A model generated the notes under the pieces. The model did no database searches, had not been told where the DNA came from, and saw only the letters and a list, made by a program, of their open reading frames with translations. A program made the translations under genes and the position numbers. A stretch of DNA of 63,480 nucleotides, the filler included, from Stramenopiles sp. TOSAG23-2 (Eukaryota): the NCBI GenBank assembly GCA_900128395.1. It is 9 parts of 9 records of this genome, joined end to end, with 100 filler letters (N's around TTAATTAATTAA, not from the genome) between each part and the next. Parts side by side here need not be neighbours in the genome. Positions count along the whole stretch, not along the records: positions 29,999 to 37,369 come from LT650326.1; positions 37,470 to 44,831 come from LT650327.1; positions 44,932 to 52,292 come from LT650328.1; 6 more parts are not named here. One strand, given 5' to 3'. Shown here in pieces: positions 34,458 to 45,141 of the stretch (within the stretch, counting starts at the first letter, position 1; the number at the start of each line of letters is the position of its first letter).

Positions 34458-36143
34458 ATGCCATGTACAGATCAATTAAATAGAAATGAAAAAATATTAG
34501 CTGCCATCTCCGTTTGTTGCACGTGTTTTTGGTTGGCACAAATTGTTTCTAATGGTAATATTTCTTCATTTTCAACTTGGTCCCTTTATATTTTATGTAT
34601 TGTAATTGGGACATATATTATATTGCCTGGTTTATACATTGGTAAAGAGAAGAAGAATTATACAATTGATGCATCAAAAATTGATGTCAAAATGGCTAAC
34701 GAGACGGATGGCAAGAATATAGGGGAGAAAATTACTGCTGGGAAAAATATTTTCAAATATTTTTTAGCTTTGTTTTATACAATCTTCATTATATTTACAA
34801 TACAAATTATTTCGTCGGCTATATGCATTTGCACGATAAATAATTTATACGTTGTTGATTATATTTTAACGTTGTTTTTATGTGGATCTTTCACGGCTTT
34901 TTTATTTGTTCTATTTATAGTAAAGTATAAAATTATTACAAAAGAGAATTTTTATGGACAGCAAAGTAATAATGATGATGATGATGATTTATTCATAATA
35001 CGTTCAAAGACCAATAAACCTTTTAAAAATCATTGTTGTCAATGTTGCTGTATATCATATTGTTACTACTTTGGTCTACCAATTATGATCTATTTCTGTT
35101 TTTCAACCATGATAGATACCATATCATTAAATGATACATATATCAATCCTGAATTAGATTCTAGTCTAGGAATTGTTGCTGGTAAAACAATTGGTCATAA
35201 ATTATATTTTCAATGTACTCTAAAGGGAAAATATAATAGTTCTCAACCAACTGTTTTATTTATGCATGGATGGAGTGGGAGTGCCTTTGATGCAACTCAT
35301 GTTGCTAGAGATCCGAAATTTGTTGCTACTGGTGCCAAATTTTGTAGCATGTCACGTGCTGGATACGGATTTTCAGATACAATATCACATGATACTGAAA
35401 AAAGCAATTTTGGTTACTTGGCAAAAATGACTCAAGAGGGTTTACACGAGATTGGTGTAACTGGTGATTTAATTTTAATGTTTCATAGTTATGGAGGAAT
35501 ACAAGCCTTGGCGTTGGCAAATCAATTGAGTAACGATGAAACTATCAATGTTGCAGGTGCAGTTGCTATAGATGCAAGTACGGTAGCAAATTCAGTTGAA
35601 CGTGGTGCAGACAGATATTGCTCGGATACAACAATAGAGACCCCATCCTTAACGGGTTTGCTTTTACCAAGCATATTAAAAGCCCTGCCACGAGGTTCAT
35701 ACCGCGTTGCAGTAAATATTATTAATTTCATGGATATTGGTACGATGTTCAAATGGTTTCCTGAAGATATTCAACCACGATATAAATCAAATTGGTTCAA
35801 GCTTAAAAAGGAAGATGTGGTGTACATCGAATTAAAAGATATTTACCGGAATTGTGGATGGGCATTAAAAGGTCAGTTAGAATTTATGAAAATGAAACGA
35901 ATAGAAACGTTTATCAGGTATGTGGAGAGTACTCCAGACAGTAAGCAACGGAGAATATTCACCGATTTCATAGATGTTGCAAATAACAACCAATATTACA
36001 ATGTAACAAATAATCATACGACTGTGATAATTGGTGATAAATCTACTGGCCTGACAGGGATGCATGCTAAAATGTTATTTCAAAAAAAATATGCGGAAAA
36101 GTTTATAACACCGGGATTGTTAAGAGTCATAAATGACTTGTAG
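34458..36143 (+). CDS. Membrane-anchored alpha/beta hydrolase
   Basis: Several N-terminal TMs, PTVLFMHGWSG, SRAGYGFSD and the nucleophile elbow FHSYGG. Confidence 0.8.
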   Translation: MPCTDQLNRNEKILAAISVCCTCFWLAQIVSNGNISSFSTWSLYILCIVIGTYIILPGLYIGKEKKNYTIDASKIDVKMANETDGKNIGEKITAGKNIFKYFLALFYTIFIIFTIQIISSAICICTINNLYVVDYILTLFLCGSFTAFLFVLFIVKYKIITKENFYGQQSNNDDDDDLFIIRSKTNKPFKNHCCQCCCISYCYYFGLPIMIYFCFSTMIDTISLNDTYINPELDSSLGIVAGKTIGHKLYFQCTLKGKYNSSQPTVLFMHGWSGSAFDATHVARDPKFVATGAKFCSMSRAGYGFSDTISHDTEKSNFGYLAKMTQEGLHEIGVTGDLILMFHSYGGIQALALANQLSNDETINVAGAVAIDASTVANSVERGADRYCSDTTIETPSLTGLLLPSILKALPRGSYRVAVNIINFMDIGTMFKWFPEDIQPRYKSNWFKLKKEDVVYIELKDIYRNCGWALKGQLEFMKMKRIETFIRYVESTPDSKQRRIFTDFIDVANNNQYYNVTNNHTTVIIGDKSTGLTGMHAKMLFQKKYAEKFITPGLLRVINDL

Positions 36144-36240
36144 GCTGTAAAAAAATTTTACGAAGCAAAATGTTTTTTCGTAAGATACATTATATATATA
36201 TATATAAATATCATAATATATATATATCATATATCATATG

Positions 36241-36303
36241 AGTATTGAGCATATATTACTTAACACGAGAAGTGTAAAAATATTATAACTTAGATTTTAA
36301 CCA
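36241..36303 (+). repeat. Dispersed 3'-flank element, copy 2
   Basis: AGTATTGAGCATATATTACTTAACACGAGAAGTGTAAAAATATTATAACTTAGATTTTAACCA. Confidence 0.75.
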
Positions 36304-37369
36304 TCATCATGATGTTAGTATCATATACTGATATCATAACATTTTATTTTTAAAAATATTATAAGACTCACACACGTGTGTTTTTTATTTCTTTTTTCAA
36401 AATTTAAATACTCTTCGCGTAATCTTTTTTATGATACGTGTTTTTTTTAGTAAAAGAAAAATCAATTGTTCTTTTACTCTCAAGACTATAATTTAACCAT
36501 TCTCCAAATTCCCGTTTTTGCATGCTTGATAAAATCTTCTTGGCCTGTATACTTGTCACTTGTCCTGTATAATAAGTACATAATACTGTAGACTAATGAC
36601 TAATGATGTTGCGTAGCAAGTTCAACATTTCTTTCGAGAGAAAAGAAAGAAGAAAAAAATGCAACAAGATTTTTCCAATGGTAAACGCGTTGTATACCTA
36701 AGTTGCACTAGGTATAATAATCCAAACAACGCGTAGTAGCAAAAAAAGAAGAAGAAGATATTATTATTATTATATAAATATGCAAGTAAAATTAAAATAA
36801 GATGCAGGTAGAAGAACAATAGTGTCATAAAAGAAAGTTATATAAACTTTTTATTTTACTTAATTTCAACATAAAATAAAATTGTACGTTACGTTTATAA
36901 GTTTCTAATAAAAATTTTATTACTACAAATATTTATAGACCGTGAAGCAAGTATGAAGTATAAATATGCATAGTCTACATTTTTAATAGGAGAACACGAA
37001 ATATAAATGTCCATAGTCTACGTTTTTTAAATAGGCGAGCATGAAGCATAAACCTCTACATTTATTACGTGTAAAGTGGCTAAGTGCCTAAATAATAATA
37101 TTTTTTTAATTGATAGGTATGGTTTTTAGTATACTAATATATTTTAACATATAATAATGTAAATATAGTTTATTATTTATACTTAATTAATTTATGTACA
37201 AAGAATAATATAATTTTAAAATAATATAATTTGACACATAAATATCAAGTACAAAAATATCACTAAAATTGATATATTATTTATGAAACAGATATAAGAA
37301 AATACTTAAATGTGTTCACCTTGGACGCGCTGTTGCATATCGACAGTCAAGAAATAAATATCCGATTTT

Positions 37370-37469
37370 NNNNNNNNNNNNNNNNNNNNNNNNNNNNNNN
37401 NNNNNNNNNNNNNTTAATTAATTAANNNNNNNNNNNNNNNNNNNNNNNNNNNNNNNNNNNNNNNNNNNN
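37370..37469. other. Artificial contig spacer
   Basis: N44-TTAATTAATTAA-N44. Confidence 0.98.
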
Positions 37470-40262
37470 GAAGGCACATGGGTCGGTGTTACGTTGGATC
37501 GTCCATTAGGAAAAAATAATGGTTCAATACGAGGGGAAGAATATTTTCAGTGTGAAGAGCATTATGGACTTTTTGTACGTATGAAAACGTTGTCTGCATA
37601 TGATGAGGAAACGCATGCCGTCAATAGGATCCAAACAATAGCACGTGGGAGATTAGCAAGAAAAAGAACACGCGAGAGACGGAACGTTAAAGCTTGGAAT
37701 ATCATGGACAATCATTATGAAGATTTACACGTGAAGAAAGGGAGGAAAGTATTGGATGCTGCGTTTGGACTTGCTTCTAAAGGTAGTGATCGTTATGAAG
37801 GAAAGGAAGATAATGATGATAAAAACAGAGGCAAAATTTTATACAGAAAACGTTTTAAAAACATTGAATCTACTTTAGTCGAAAAATCTTACAAAGGTGT
37901 ACATGTTGGTTTAAATCTGGAATTAGAAACTGTTTTAAAATTATTGGAACAATTTAAAGCAGGTATACCATTGCATTTTAAATATGTTGTACGAATAGTT
38001 GATCGATTTCGCCAAGAATCTGCGAAATTTCCTTGCGTGCAACGTGTAACAATACCAGAAAATAGCACGTTAACAGTAATAGGCGATCTGCATGGACAAT
38101 TACAAGATTTATATACTATATTCACCATTAATGGATTGCCTGATGAGAAAAATTGTTATTTATTTAATGGTGATTTCGTAGATCGTGGCCAATGTGGTGT
38201 TGAAATTGCATTAATTTTATTCTGCTTCAAAATGCTATACCCAGATTCCGTTTATTTAAATCGTGGAAACCATGAATCACGCGCTCAAAATAGTTGGATG
38301 GGTTTTGAAGATGAAGTCTTTGGGAAATACCATTCGGAAAATGATTTTGCAAGGGCAAGAACGTTGTACAATATGTTTGGTACTTGTTTTGATCATTTAC
38401 CATTGGTAACGATTATAAGTGAAAAAGTATTTGTTTGTCATGGTGGTTTGTTCCACGTTGATGGCGTAATGGTAGAGCATTTGGATGCCATACGTCGTAA
38501 ACGGGAGCCACCGATAGGTGGTAAATCTTTGGAAGATCGTCTTTTTGAAGATATATTATGGAGTGATCCAAGGCCAAGTGCAACATATCCAGACAAATTA
38601 ACTGGTTGTGTCCCTTCAGCACGTGGCGCGGGGGTTGAATTTGGACCCGATGTGACAGAAAAATTCTGTGCACAGAATGGTTTTGCATTAGTAATTCGTT
38701 CTCACGAATGTGTTCCTGAAGGTTATGAAATTCAACATAATGGACGTTTAATCACAGTATTTAGTGCATCTAGGTATTGTGGGACGCAAACCAATAAAGG
38801 TGCATTTATTACCTTTAACAGTGACGTGCAACCGGAAATACAACAATATTATGCCCATTCGTTAGATGTTAATTCATTTGGCAACGATCGGGAACATGTG
38901 AGACAACAATTGTTGGAAGATGATTTGGTACGAATGATTATTGAACGGGTTTGCGATAAGAAAACGGATTTATATTGGTACTTCACAAGACAAGATAAGG
39001 AACATAATGGCTTATGCACACGAAGTGAATGGGCGCATACAATGCGCACTGTATTAAATTTAGAGTTACCATATTTATCATTGCAACATTTAATATGCGA
39101 TGCCGATGAAGTAAATGGAAATATAAATTATAGCGATTTCCTAGAGAGATATCGCTTTCAAATGTCAACTGGTGATTATAAATGGGTTGATAAGATAATG
39201 AAAAGAGTGAATCATAAATTATATTCCCTATGTGGAAATATCGAAGAAGCATTTGCTTTATTTGATGTTGATGATGATGGTTTGATTGAATATGATGAAT
39301 TTTTGAAAACATTCCAATCGTTGGATGTCGGTTTGACGGATAAACAAGCATACGAGTTGATGCGTAGCATCGATACAGATAATAATGGAGTAATCGATTT
39401 CAAAGAATTCTGCGAAAGGTTCCAAATTGTATTTGATAAAGTTCGTATTACATCTGATGGCAATCCATTAGAAGGTGTGTCAACTGATGCACATGAAAAT
39501 TTGAGTAGGATTTTGTCACAAAAAGACAAAGAAGCAAATACATTGGAAAGCAAAATAGAAAGTAAATCGAATAATGATGTTAATAAGCGACAACGCCGTT
39601 CATCTAGTATCAGTGATGATGCATGGGTACAGCAAAAATTACACCATATTGGCGTGTTACTATTTAAACACAATTATCGTTTGGATGAAGCATTTGCAAA
39701 GTTTGATGTAGATAGCTCTGGGGAAATATCAAAAGAAGAATTTATTGAAGCGTTAGGTGGATTAGGGCTAACACTAAGCAATGAAGATGCTTTGCGTATA
39801 TTTGCTGCTATTGATCATGCAAATTCACAACAAATAAGTTATTTAGAATTTGTCAATGCATTTAATGTTGATGATACTGGTATGATTAATAAAAATATGA
39901 TAAATCGTAGTAGTTGGCAAGATTCGATAATACAAATGGTAGCAAACGTTTTATTTCAACATCGTGTACAATTATTAAGTGCTTTTCGCCTGTTTGATCT
40001 GGGTAATAGTAGTGAAATTAGTGGGGATGATTTTAAAACAGCTATGTTAACTGTAAATGTTTTATTTCCAGAACCATTATCAAATGCACAAATTTCGGAA
40101 TTGAAAGATGCATTAATAAATAGTAAAAGTGGAAAAATTGATTATAGAGACTTTTTAGAATCATTTCAAATTGTTGATGTTGGTTGGACAAATAGTGTAG
40201 AAAGTTCTTCGTTAAGTAGGGAAAAAAGAAGAAGGGATAGTGGATATTACAATAAGAAGTGA
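37470..40262 (+). CDS. PPEF: PPEF/RdgC-type Ser/Thr phosphatase with CAP-Gly, IQ and EF-hand domains, 5'-truncated
   Basis: WVGVTLDRPLGKNNG..YFQC..YGLFVR (CAP-Gly), IQTIARGRLAR (IQ), GDLHGQ/GDFVDRG/RGNHE/SASRY (PPP family) and several EF hands. Confidence 0.9.
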   Translation, partial: EGTWVGVTLDRPLGKNNGSIRGEEYFQCEEHYGLFVRMKTLSAYDEETHAVNRIQTIARGRLARKRTRERRNVKAWNIMDNHYEDLHVKKGRKVLDAAFGLASKGSDRYEGKEDNDDKNRGKILYRKRFKNIESTLVEKSYKGVHVGLNLELETVLKLLEQFKAGIPLHFKYVVRIVDRFRQESAKFPCVQRVTIPENSTLTVIGDLHGQLQDLYTIFTINGLPDEKNCYLFNGDFVDRGQCGVEIALILFCFKMLYPDSVYLNRGNHESRAQNSWMGFEDEVFGKYHSENDFARARTLYNMFGTCFDHLPLVTIISEKVFVCHGGLFHVDGVMVEHLDAIRRKREPPIGGKSLEDRLFEDILWSDPRPSATYPDKLTGCVPSARGAGVEFGPDVTEKFCAQNGFALVIRSHECVPEGYEIQHNGRLITVFSASRYCGTQTNKGAFITFNSDVQPEIQQYYAHSLDVNSFGNDREHVRQQLLEDDLVRMIIERVCDKKTDLYWYFTRQDKEHNGLCTRSEWAHTMRTVLNLELPYLSLQHLICDADEVNGNINYSDFLERYRFQMSTGDYKWVDKIMKRVNHKLYSLCGNIEEAFALFDVDDDGLIEYDEFLKTFQSLDVGLTDKQAYELMRSIDTDNNGVIDFKEFCERFQIVFDKVRITSDGNPLEGVSTDAHENLSRILSQKDKEANTLESKIESKSNNDVNKRQRRSSSISDDAWVQQKLHHIGVLLFKHNYRLDEAFAKFDVDSSGEISKEEFIEALGGLGLTLSNEDALRIFAAIDHANSQQISYLEFVNAFNVDDTGMINKNMINRSSWQDSIIQMVANVLFQHRVQLLSAFRLFDLGNSSEISGDDFKTAMLTVNVLFPEPLSNAQISELKDALINSKSGKIDYRDFLESFQIVDVGWTNSVESSSLSREKRRRDSGYYNKK

Positions 40263-40495
40263 GGCGGCGGATTTTTTTATATTATGATATGAATGACGGA
40301 TGATATTACGAACCATTTGAACAAATGTTCTCTGTTCTTTTCTCTCGTATGTGTGTATGTTTAAAATGAAAAAAAATTAAAAGAGTACAGGAGCGTGTGT
40401 GTGGTATTTTTTTTTAAATTAATTGTACGAACGCTCCCTGTGTATTATTAATATTTTATTTTTTAAATTTTCGTTATTTTCTCCATATTTGATTA

Positions 40496-40762
40496 TTATT
40501 TCTCTTTCCTAAATAATCTTCTTCTATCATGATCATCCTGATCATCGTCATGGTGATGATCATCTGCAGTCGCTGCATGTTCATCTATTGCTTCTTGTGG
40601 GAAAATTTGATACATTGTTAAAATTATAATTATTAGAAATGAAAACATAAGAATAGCTTTAAATTTAAAACCATCTCTATTTGTTGAATATGTAACCTTT
40701 TTCGAAGGTTGTGTCTTTATATCTATTGTTTGTGTGTGCTCTATTTCAATATCACGTAACAT
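40496..40762 (-). CDS. Small single-TM protein with an Asp/His-rich tail and RRRL motif
   Basis: ATG at 40762, hydrophobic AILMFSFLIIIILTMY, tail DDHHHDDDQDDHDRRRL. Confidence 0.5.
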   Translation of the reverse strand: MLRDIEIEHTQTIDIKTQPSKKVTYSTNRDGFKFKAILMFSFLIIIILTMYQIFPQEAIDEHAATADDHHHDDDQDDHDRRRLFRKEK

Positions 40763-41246
40763 TTGAAAATTCTCTATACTTTCAAAATGTGTAAATATGT
40801 TATATATGTTTATTATATATATAAATTCTCTAAAATCGTAGTGAATAAAGTATAATTTTGAAATAGTACAAGTAGTATACAATATTTACTTTATTTGTGT
40901 GTTGTGTGTGAAATGTGCCAAATCTATAAATTAAATTAATATGTAATGGAAATGTGTTTTGGTGCTTTGTTGCATGCATTAATTGATGTGAAAAATTATT
41001 ATAACGATTTTTTTGTTTTTTTTTTTTGTGGTGGAACAATATAAATAGTATAGTATTAGTATGTGATGTGGTAGTTTAAGGTATAATATCGTTTCATAAA
41101 ATAAATTAATAATAAACTCTCTCCTCTGCAAGAACCTCTAAAACTCATCATAATGTGTTGAAAGTATAATTCCTAAGGTACTTCTTGCCAAAACCAAAAC
41201 TATCCCAAAGGGAAAAAATATTAAACAAATGACACCACATTGTTAC

Positions 41247-41280
41247 ATCTATAGCGCGTGTTCGATCCCCGCCTGAGGCA
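41247..41280 (+). pseudogene. Orphan tRNA 3' half (tRNA-Phe-like relic)
   Basis: ATCTATAG-CGCGTG-TTCGATC-CCCGC-CTGAGGC-A gives a T-arm with B-box (one mismatch), acceptor strand and A73, with a T-run about 20 nt downstream. No complementary 5' half (GCCTCAG) was seen nearby. Confidence 0.55.
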
Positions 41281-41418
41281 TGTGCATAACAGCATATCTT
41301 ATTTTTTTTTGTCTCTTGCACACTCTGACTTCATCTGTTTGCTACATGTATGTGTTTGATTAAAAAAATTGAAATCAATCATATCAGCATTTTTTGAAGT
41401 GTTCATTTTTGTTTTATT

Positions 41419-42927
41419 TTACAACTCCCCTCCTCTGTTATTATTATTACTACGACGTCTTGTTCCACTACCAACACTTTTACCATTATCATCTATTACA
41501 ACATTGTCCACCATGTTTTGCCCATCAACAACAACATTGTCAAAGCCACAGCTTGAGAAAATTGATTTAGAGGATTCTTCAACCAATGTTTGGAATTCAT
41601 TTTGTAAAAGATGTATTGGCATCTCTCCTGTATTATCTATAGCTTTATCATACACTTGCAAATATTTTTTCAACATTTTTTTATGTACATTTTTAATCAA
41701 TTTCAATGCTTTTTTTAAAACTTTATGTTTTTTAGTAATAGATATTAATGCCAATCGGACAGCTTCTTCCTTTGCATTATTAAGAGACAATGCAATATTT
41801 TTTATGATTGATTTCATTTTTTTAATAATACTACTTTTGGTATTATTATAATTTGATATATAAATAGGCTTTATTGGTAACATTTTGCGTATATCTATAT
41901 GCTCTTTTTTTAATGCATATTGTCTAATTAAATCTAATGTCATTTGTGGTAGCTGTGGTAGTTTCTTAATTGCATGCAATCCATCTTTTGTTTTTTTAAA
42001 ATATATTCCCATACAACATTGTGCCATTCCTAGATATGTTGTTTGGATTGTATCACTTTCAACACCAAATGTAATATGAATAGACGATGTAGATGAATGA
42101 TCTTGATGTGTATTTACATGTATTGGTTTTTCAACATTATTATTTGAAACTTTTGTGGATGTTACATGTACCATTCCTCTCGGTATGTATAAAAGGTCAC
42201 CAGGATTCAATAATACAGTTTTGATAAATTTCAATTTATTTATATTAATTGGCATATTTTTCTTTCCTTTTCCAACTTCTAAATTTAATACAGGTAATTT
42301 AATTTCAGGTTCATACATGGTCCATTGTTTTATACCATTTATTTGATAGATTAATACATCTTGTCGATCATTATGCGGTGGAATAGATATTTTTGCACCT
42401 GAATTAGTTATATACATATTTGCATTTACTAATGTTCCAAATGTTGATATTAAATGTTTACACATTAATGCAACTTCTTTAAACACAATTCCTGCTTTAT
42501 TTACATTTAATGTTTGAAAATTTTTTAACCCTTTTCTTATTAATTGTGATGAAAATAATTGGGGTCGATACGTTTTATAATCAATAAGCATTTTCTTAAC
42601 TTGATTACCAGATCTAAAAAAAGCAACATTTACATTTCCATACCTCAACATTTTGTCATTTGCTTCCTTTATAATATTTTTCAATTTTGATATTGAAAGA
42701 GATGAAAATGTTGTGTTAGTTTTACTATACTGCATGTAATGCACATCTTTTTCAAAGGTATTAAGAACGAACGATTTATTCTTGGATATATTGTATAATG
42801 CAGTATTTTTAAAATATCCCAACATATTATCTATTTTAAATGCATTATCGTTTCCAACCAATGATATTAATATTAATAATAATACATGGTATATGAAGTT
42901 ATAATAAAAACGTGATATTATTTCCAT
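41419..42927 (-). CDS. JmjC/cupin-4 2OG-Fe(II) oxygenase (ROX: NO66/MINA/ycfD-like) with a signal peptide-like N-terminus
   Basis: NANMYIT..PPHNDRQDVLIYQINGIKQW and LNPGDLLYIPRGMVH (HxD..H triad), SIHITFG. Confidence 0.85.
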   Translation of the reverse strand: MEIISRFYYNFIYHVLLLILISLVGNDNAFKIDNMLGYFKNTALYNISKNKSFVLNTFEKDVHYMQYSKTNTTFSSLSISKLKNIIKEANDKMLRYGNVNVAFFRSGNQVKKMLIDYKTYRPQLFSSQLIRKGLKNFQTLNVNKAGIVFKEVALMCKHLISTFGTLVNANMYITNSGAKISIPPHNDRQDVLIYQINGIKQWTMYEPEIKLPVLNLEVGKGKKNMPININKLKFIKTVLLNPGDLLYIPRGMVHVTSTKVSNNNVEKPIHVNTHQDHSSTSSIHITFGVESDTIQTTYLGMAQCCMGIYFKKTKDGLHAIKKLPQLPQMTLDLIRQYALKKEHIDIRKMLPIKPIYISNYNNTKSSIIKKMKSIIKNIALSLNNAKEEAVRLALISITKKHKVLKKALKLIKNVHKKMLKKYLQVYDKAIDNTGEMPIHLLQNEFQTLVEESSKSIFSSCGFDNVVVDGQNMVDNVVIDDNGKSVGSGTRRRSNNNNRGGEL

Positions 42928-43562
42928 ATTGGATGATACAATGATGTTGATGAATTGTGCAATTCAATATTTATAATGTTTTCTATTCATATATATTGAA
43001 AAAAATCCTGTGGTTTTGTATCTATAGGGGAAGGATATATATCTAATATAATTTCAATAATCTTACATCTTAATCTGTGCACTTTTATATATATAATAAA
43101 TTAAAAATAAAAAATTAATGCATAACTAGACAAATCTATCTCACTATGATATAAACTCACTATAAACTTTTATATGCACATAATATTACACGTCATTTAA
43201 TTAATGCATTAACTTATTTTTTAATTTACTCATGATAATTCCTACTCTCCAGAAAGAATACAATAACTGAGACAATTTAATATCTATCTCACTAAACTGA
43301 AAGATGGACAATGAATATATATTGAGAGATATATTAAATGCAGGCGCACTAATTTATCTAGATATATACTGATATATGAACATTACATGAAATACATTGC
43401 AAGCGAGTGTGTACTACTCGACACACTAACACCCACCCACACACACATTATCATATCATCCACGTATTATTAATAGACCATCAAACCGTTTTTTATGAAT
43501 ATTTAATATTTATCATCACACCCTATATAATATATATATATAACCATCATTTTATATTCATA

Positions 43563-44375
43563 CTACTTCGTTTTCTTATCTTTATCACCATCATCATCAT
43601 GGGAAGTATGATGATCCTCATGTGGCCATACCATATTAAATGTATATTCAACAAAATGTTCAATGGGTTCATCAATTGTGAATGGTAATAGTGGAATAAT
43701 ACCTAAACCCAATGCAGTTGGGCCATAACGTTTTAATGTAACATTTGCAACATTTTTTACTGCATCCTGTGATTTATGTACTGCCGTATGTATTATTAAA
43801 GATGGAACAATAATCGATGCTAATAATTGAAAATATAATGTTTCTGTCCCAGCTCTCATAGCTGCTTGTTGAATTTCATCATCACTTTTATTTGATGCTT
43901 TTGCTTCATTTATTGCTTTATTACTTGCAGAATATACATCATATCCAACATATGCAAATGCAACGCCATACATGGCTCTTACAAAGTGTTGACTTACTAA
44001 AGGTCGTGATGCTTCTCCCACGTCAGATGAATAAGCAATATATCTTGTTGATGCTTTTGCTGTTTTAGAAAAGACAGCTAATACCCTAGCAGCACGAGCA
44101 CTATAACCTGCATATCTAGCACCATTTCCTTCATCCCAATCTTTATCATCAACTTTTACAGCTTTTTTTTCTTCATTATTATTAATAGTATCATCTTTGT
44201 TATCAGGACTAATAGCTATGACATTGACATCGTCCTTTTGTTTTCCTTGTTGTATCATTATATTATTTTTATAATAATCAAAATATTTATTATTATTATT
44301 CATTATTACATGGTTATTATTTTCATTGGATAATGCACAGGGTATACCTCTTCTTGCGAATAATGTTGTAAACAT
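43563..44375 (-). CDS. MTFP1: Mitochondrial fission process protein 1 (MTP18)
   Basis: RYIAYSSDVGEASRPLV..YGVAFAYV.YD, ETLYFQLLASIIVP and PTALGLGIIPLL..IDEPIEHFVE. Confidence 0.9.
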   Translation of the reverse strand: MFTTLFARRGIPCALSNENNNHVIMNNNNKYFDYYKNNIMIQQGKQKDDVNVIAISPDNKDDTINNNEEKKAVKVDDKDWDEGNGARYAGYSARAARVLAVFSKTAKASTRYIAYSSDVGEASRPLVSQHFVRAMYGVAFAYVGYDVYSASNKAINEAKASNKSDDEIQQAAMRAGTETLYFQLLASIIVPSLIIHTAVHKSQDAVKNVANVTLKRYGPTALGLGIIPLLPFTIDEPIEHFVEYTFNMVWPHEDHHTSHDDDGDKDKKTK

Positions 44376-44831
44376 GTTGCTTATACCTTGATTTCTATAT
44401 TATATTATACAGATGTTCGTTGTTGCTATAAATTGATAATATGTATTTTGTTTTCTTTTTTTCTCTGACGAAGAATACACATGAATACCACTCATTGGGA
44501 ACTAATAAGTGATTTTGTTTTTTTAAATTTTAAAATATATATATATATTTAATAAATATAATTAATTATATATAAATAAAAATGATGCTTTTAACGGTTT
44601 TGCCAGGTTAAGGTTTGCTGAAAAATAATAAAAAAATTCAAAAAATATACTAATACTAGTATAATAATTTTGTTGTATAGTTGGAATAGTCTAATTTCCA
44701 ATGTAAGATACCAGCAGGTGAAATACTACTATAACTATTAACTATGACCCCAATAAGGTATATATCCTGGGCAAATAAAAAATGGGTTAGTAGTGAGTAC
44801 GGTAAAATTATATAGTATCTCACCATAGGCA

Positions 44832-44931
44832 NNNNNNNNNNNNNNNNNNNNNNNNNNNNNNNNNNNNNNNNNNNNTTAATTAATTAANNNNNNNNNNNNN
44901 NNNNNNNNNNNNNNNNNNNNNNNNNNNNNNN
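44832..44931. other. Artificial contig spacer
   Basis: N44-TTAATTAATTAA-N44. Confidence 0.98.
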
Positions 44932-45110
44932 TTTATTAACATACATCATCTGGATGGAGAAAGAAGGAGAAAAGAGGACAATTGATGTGTATTATAAACA
45001 TGTAAATATATATCACATCGAAATCATTTAAATTATATATATATAAAAATAAATATAATATATACTCCACCCCTCTATCTACACACATATACACTTTCAT
45101 ATATATACCA

Positions 45111-45138
<28 letters not shown>

Positions 45139-45141
<3 letters not shown>

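Noticed and set aside
36660-37369. Possible two-exon fragment (..VYLSCTR|YKKILKCVHLGRAVAY..) resembling a transposase zinc finger, with a degenerate 43-nt tandem repeat in the putative intron
   Set aside because: Weak donor, no clear branch point and truncated at the contig end. Insufficient support.
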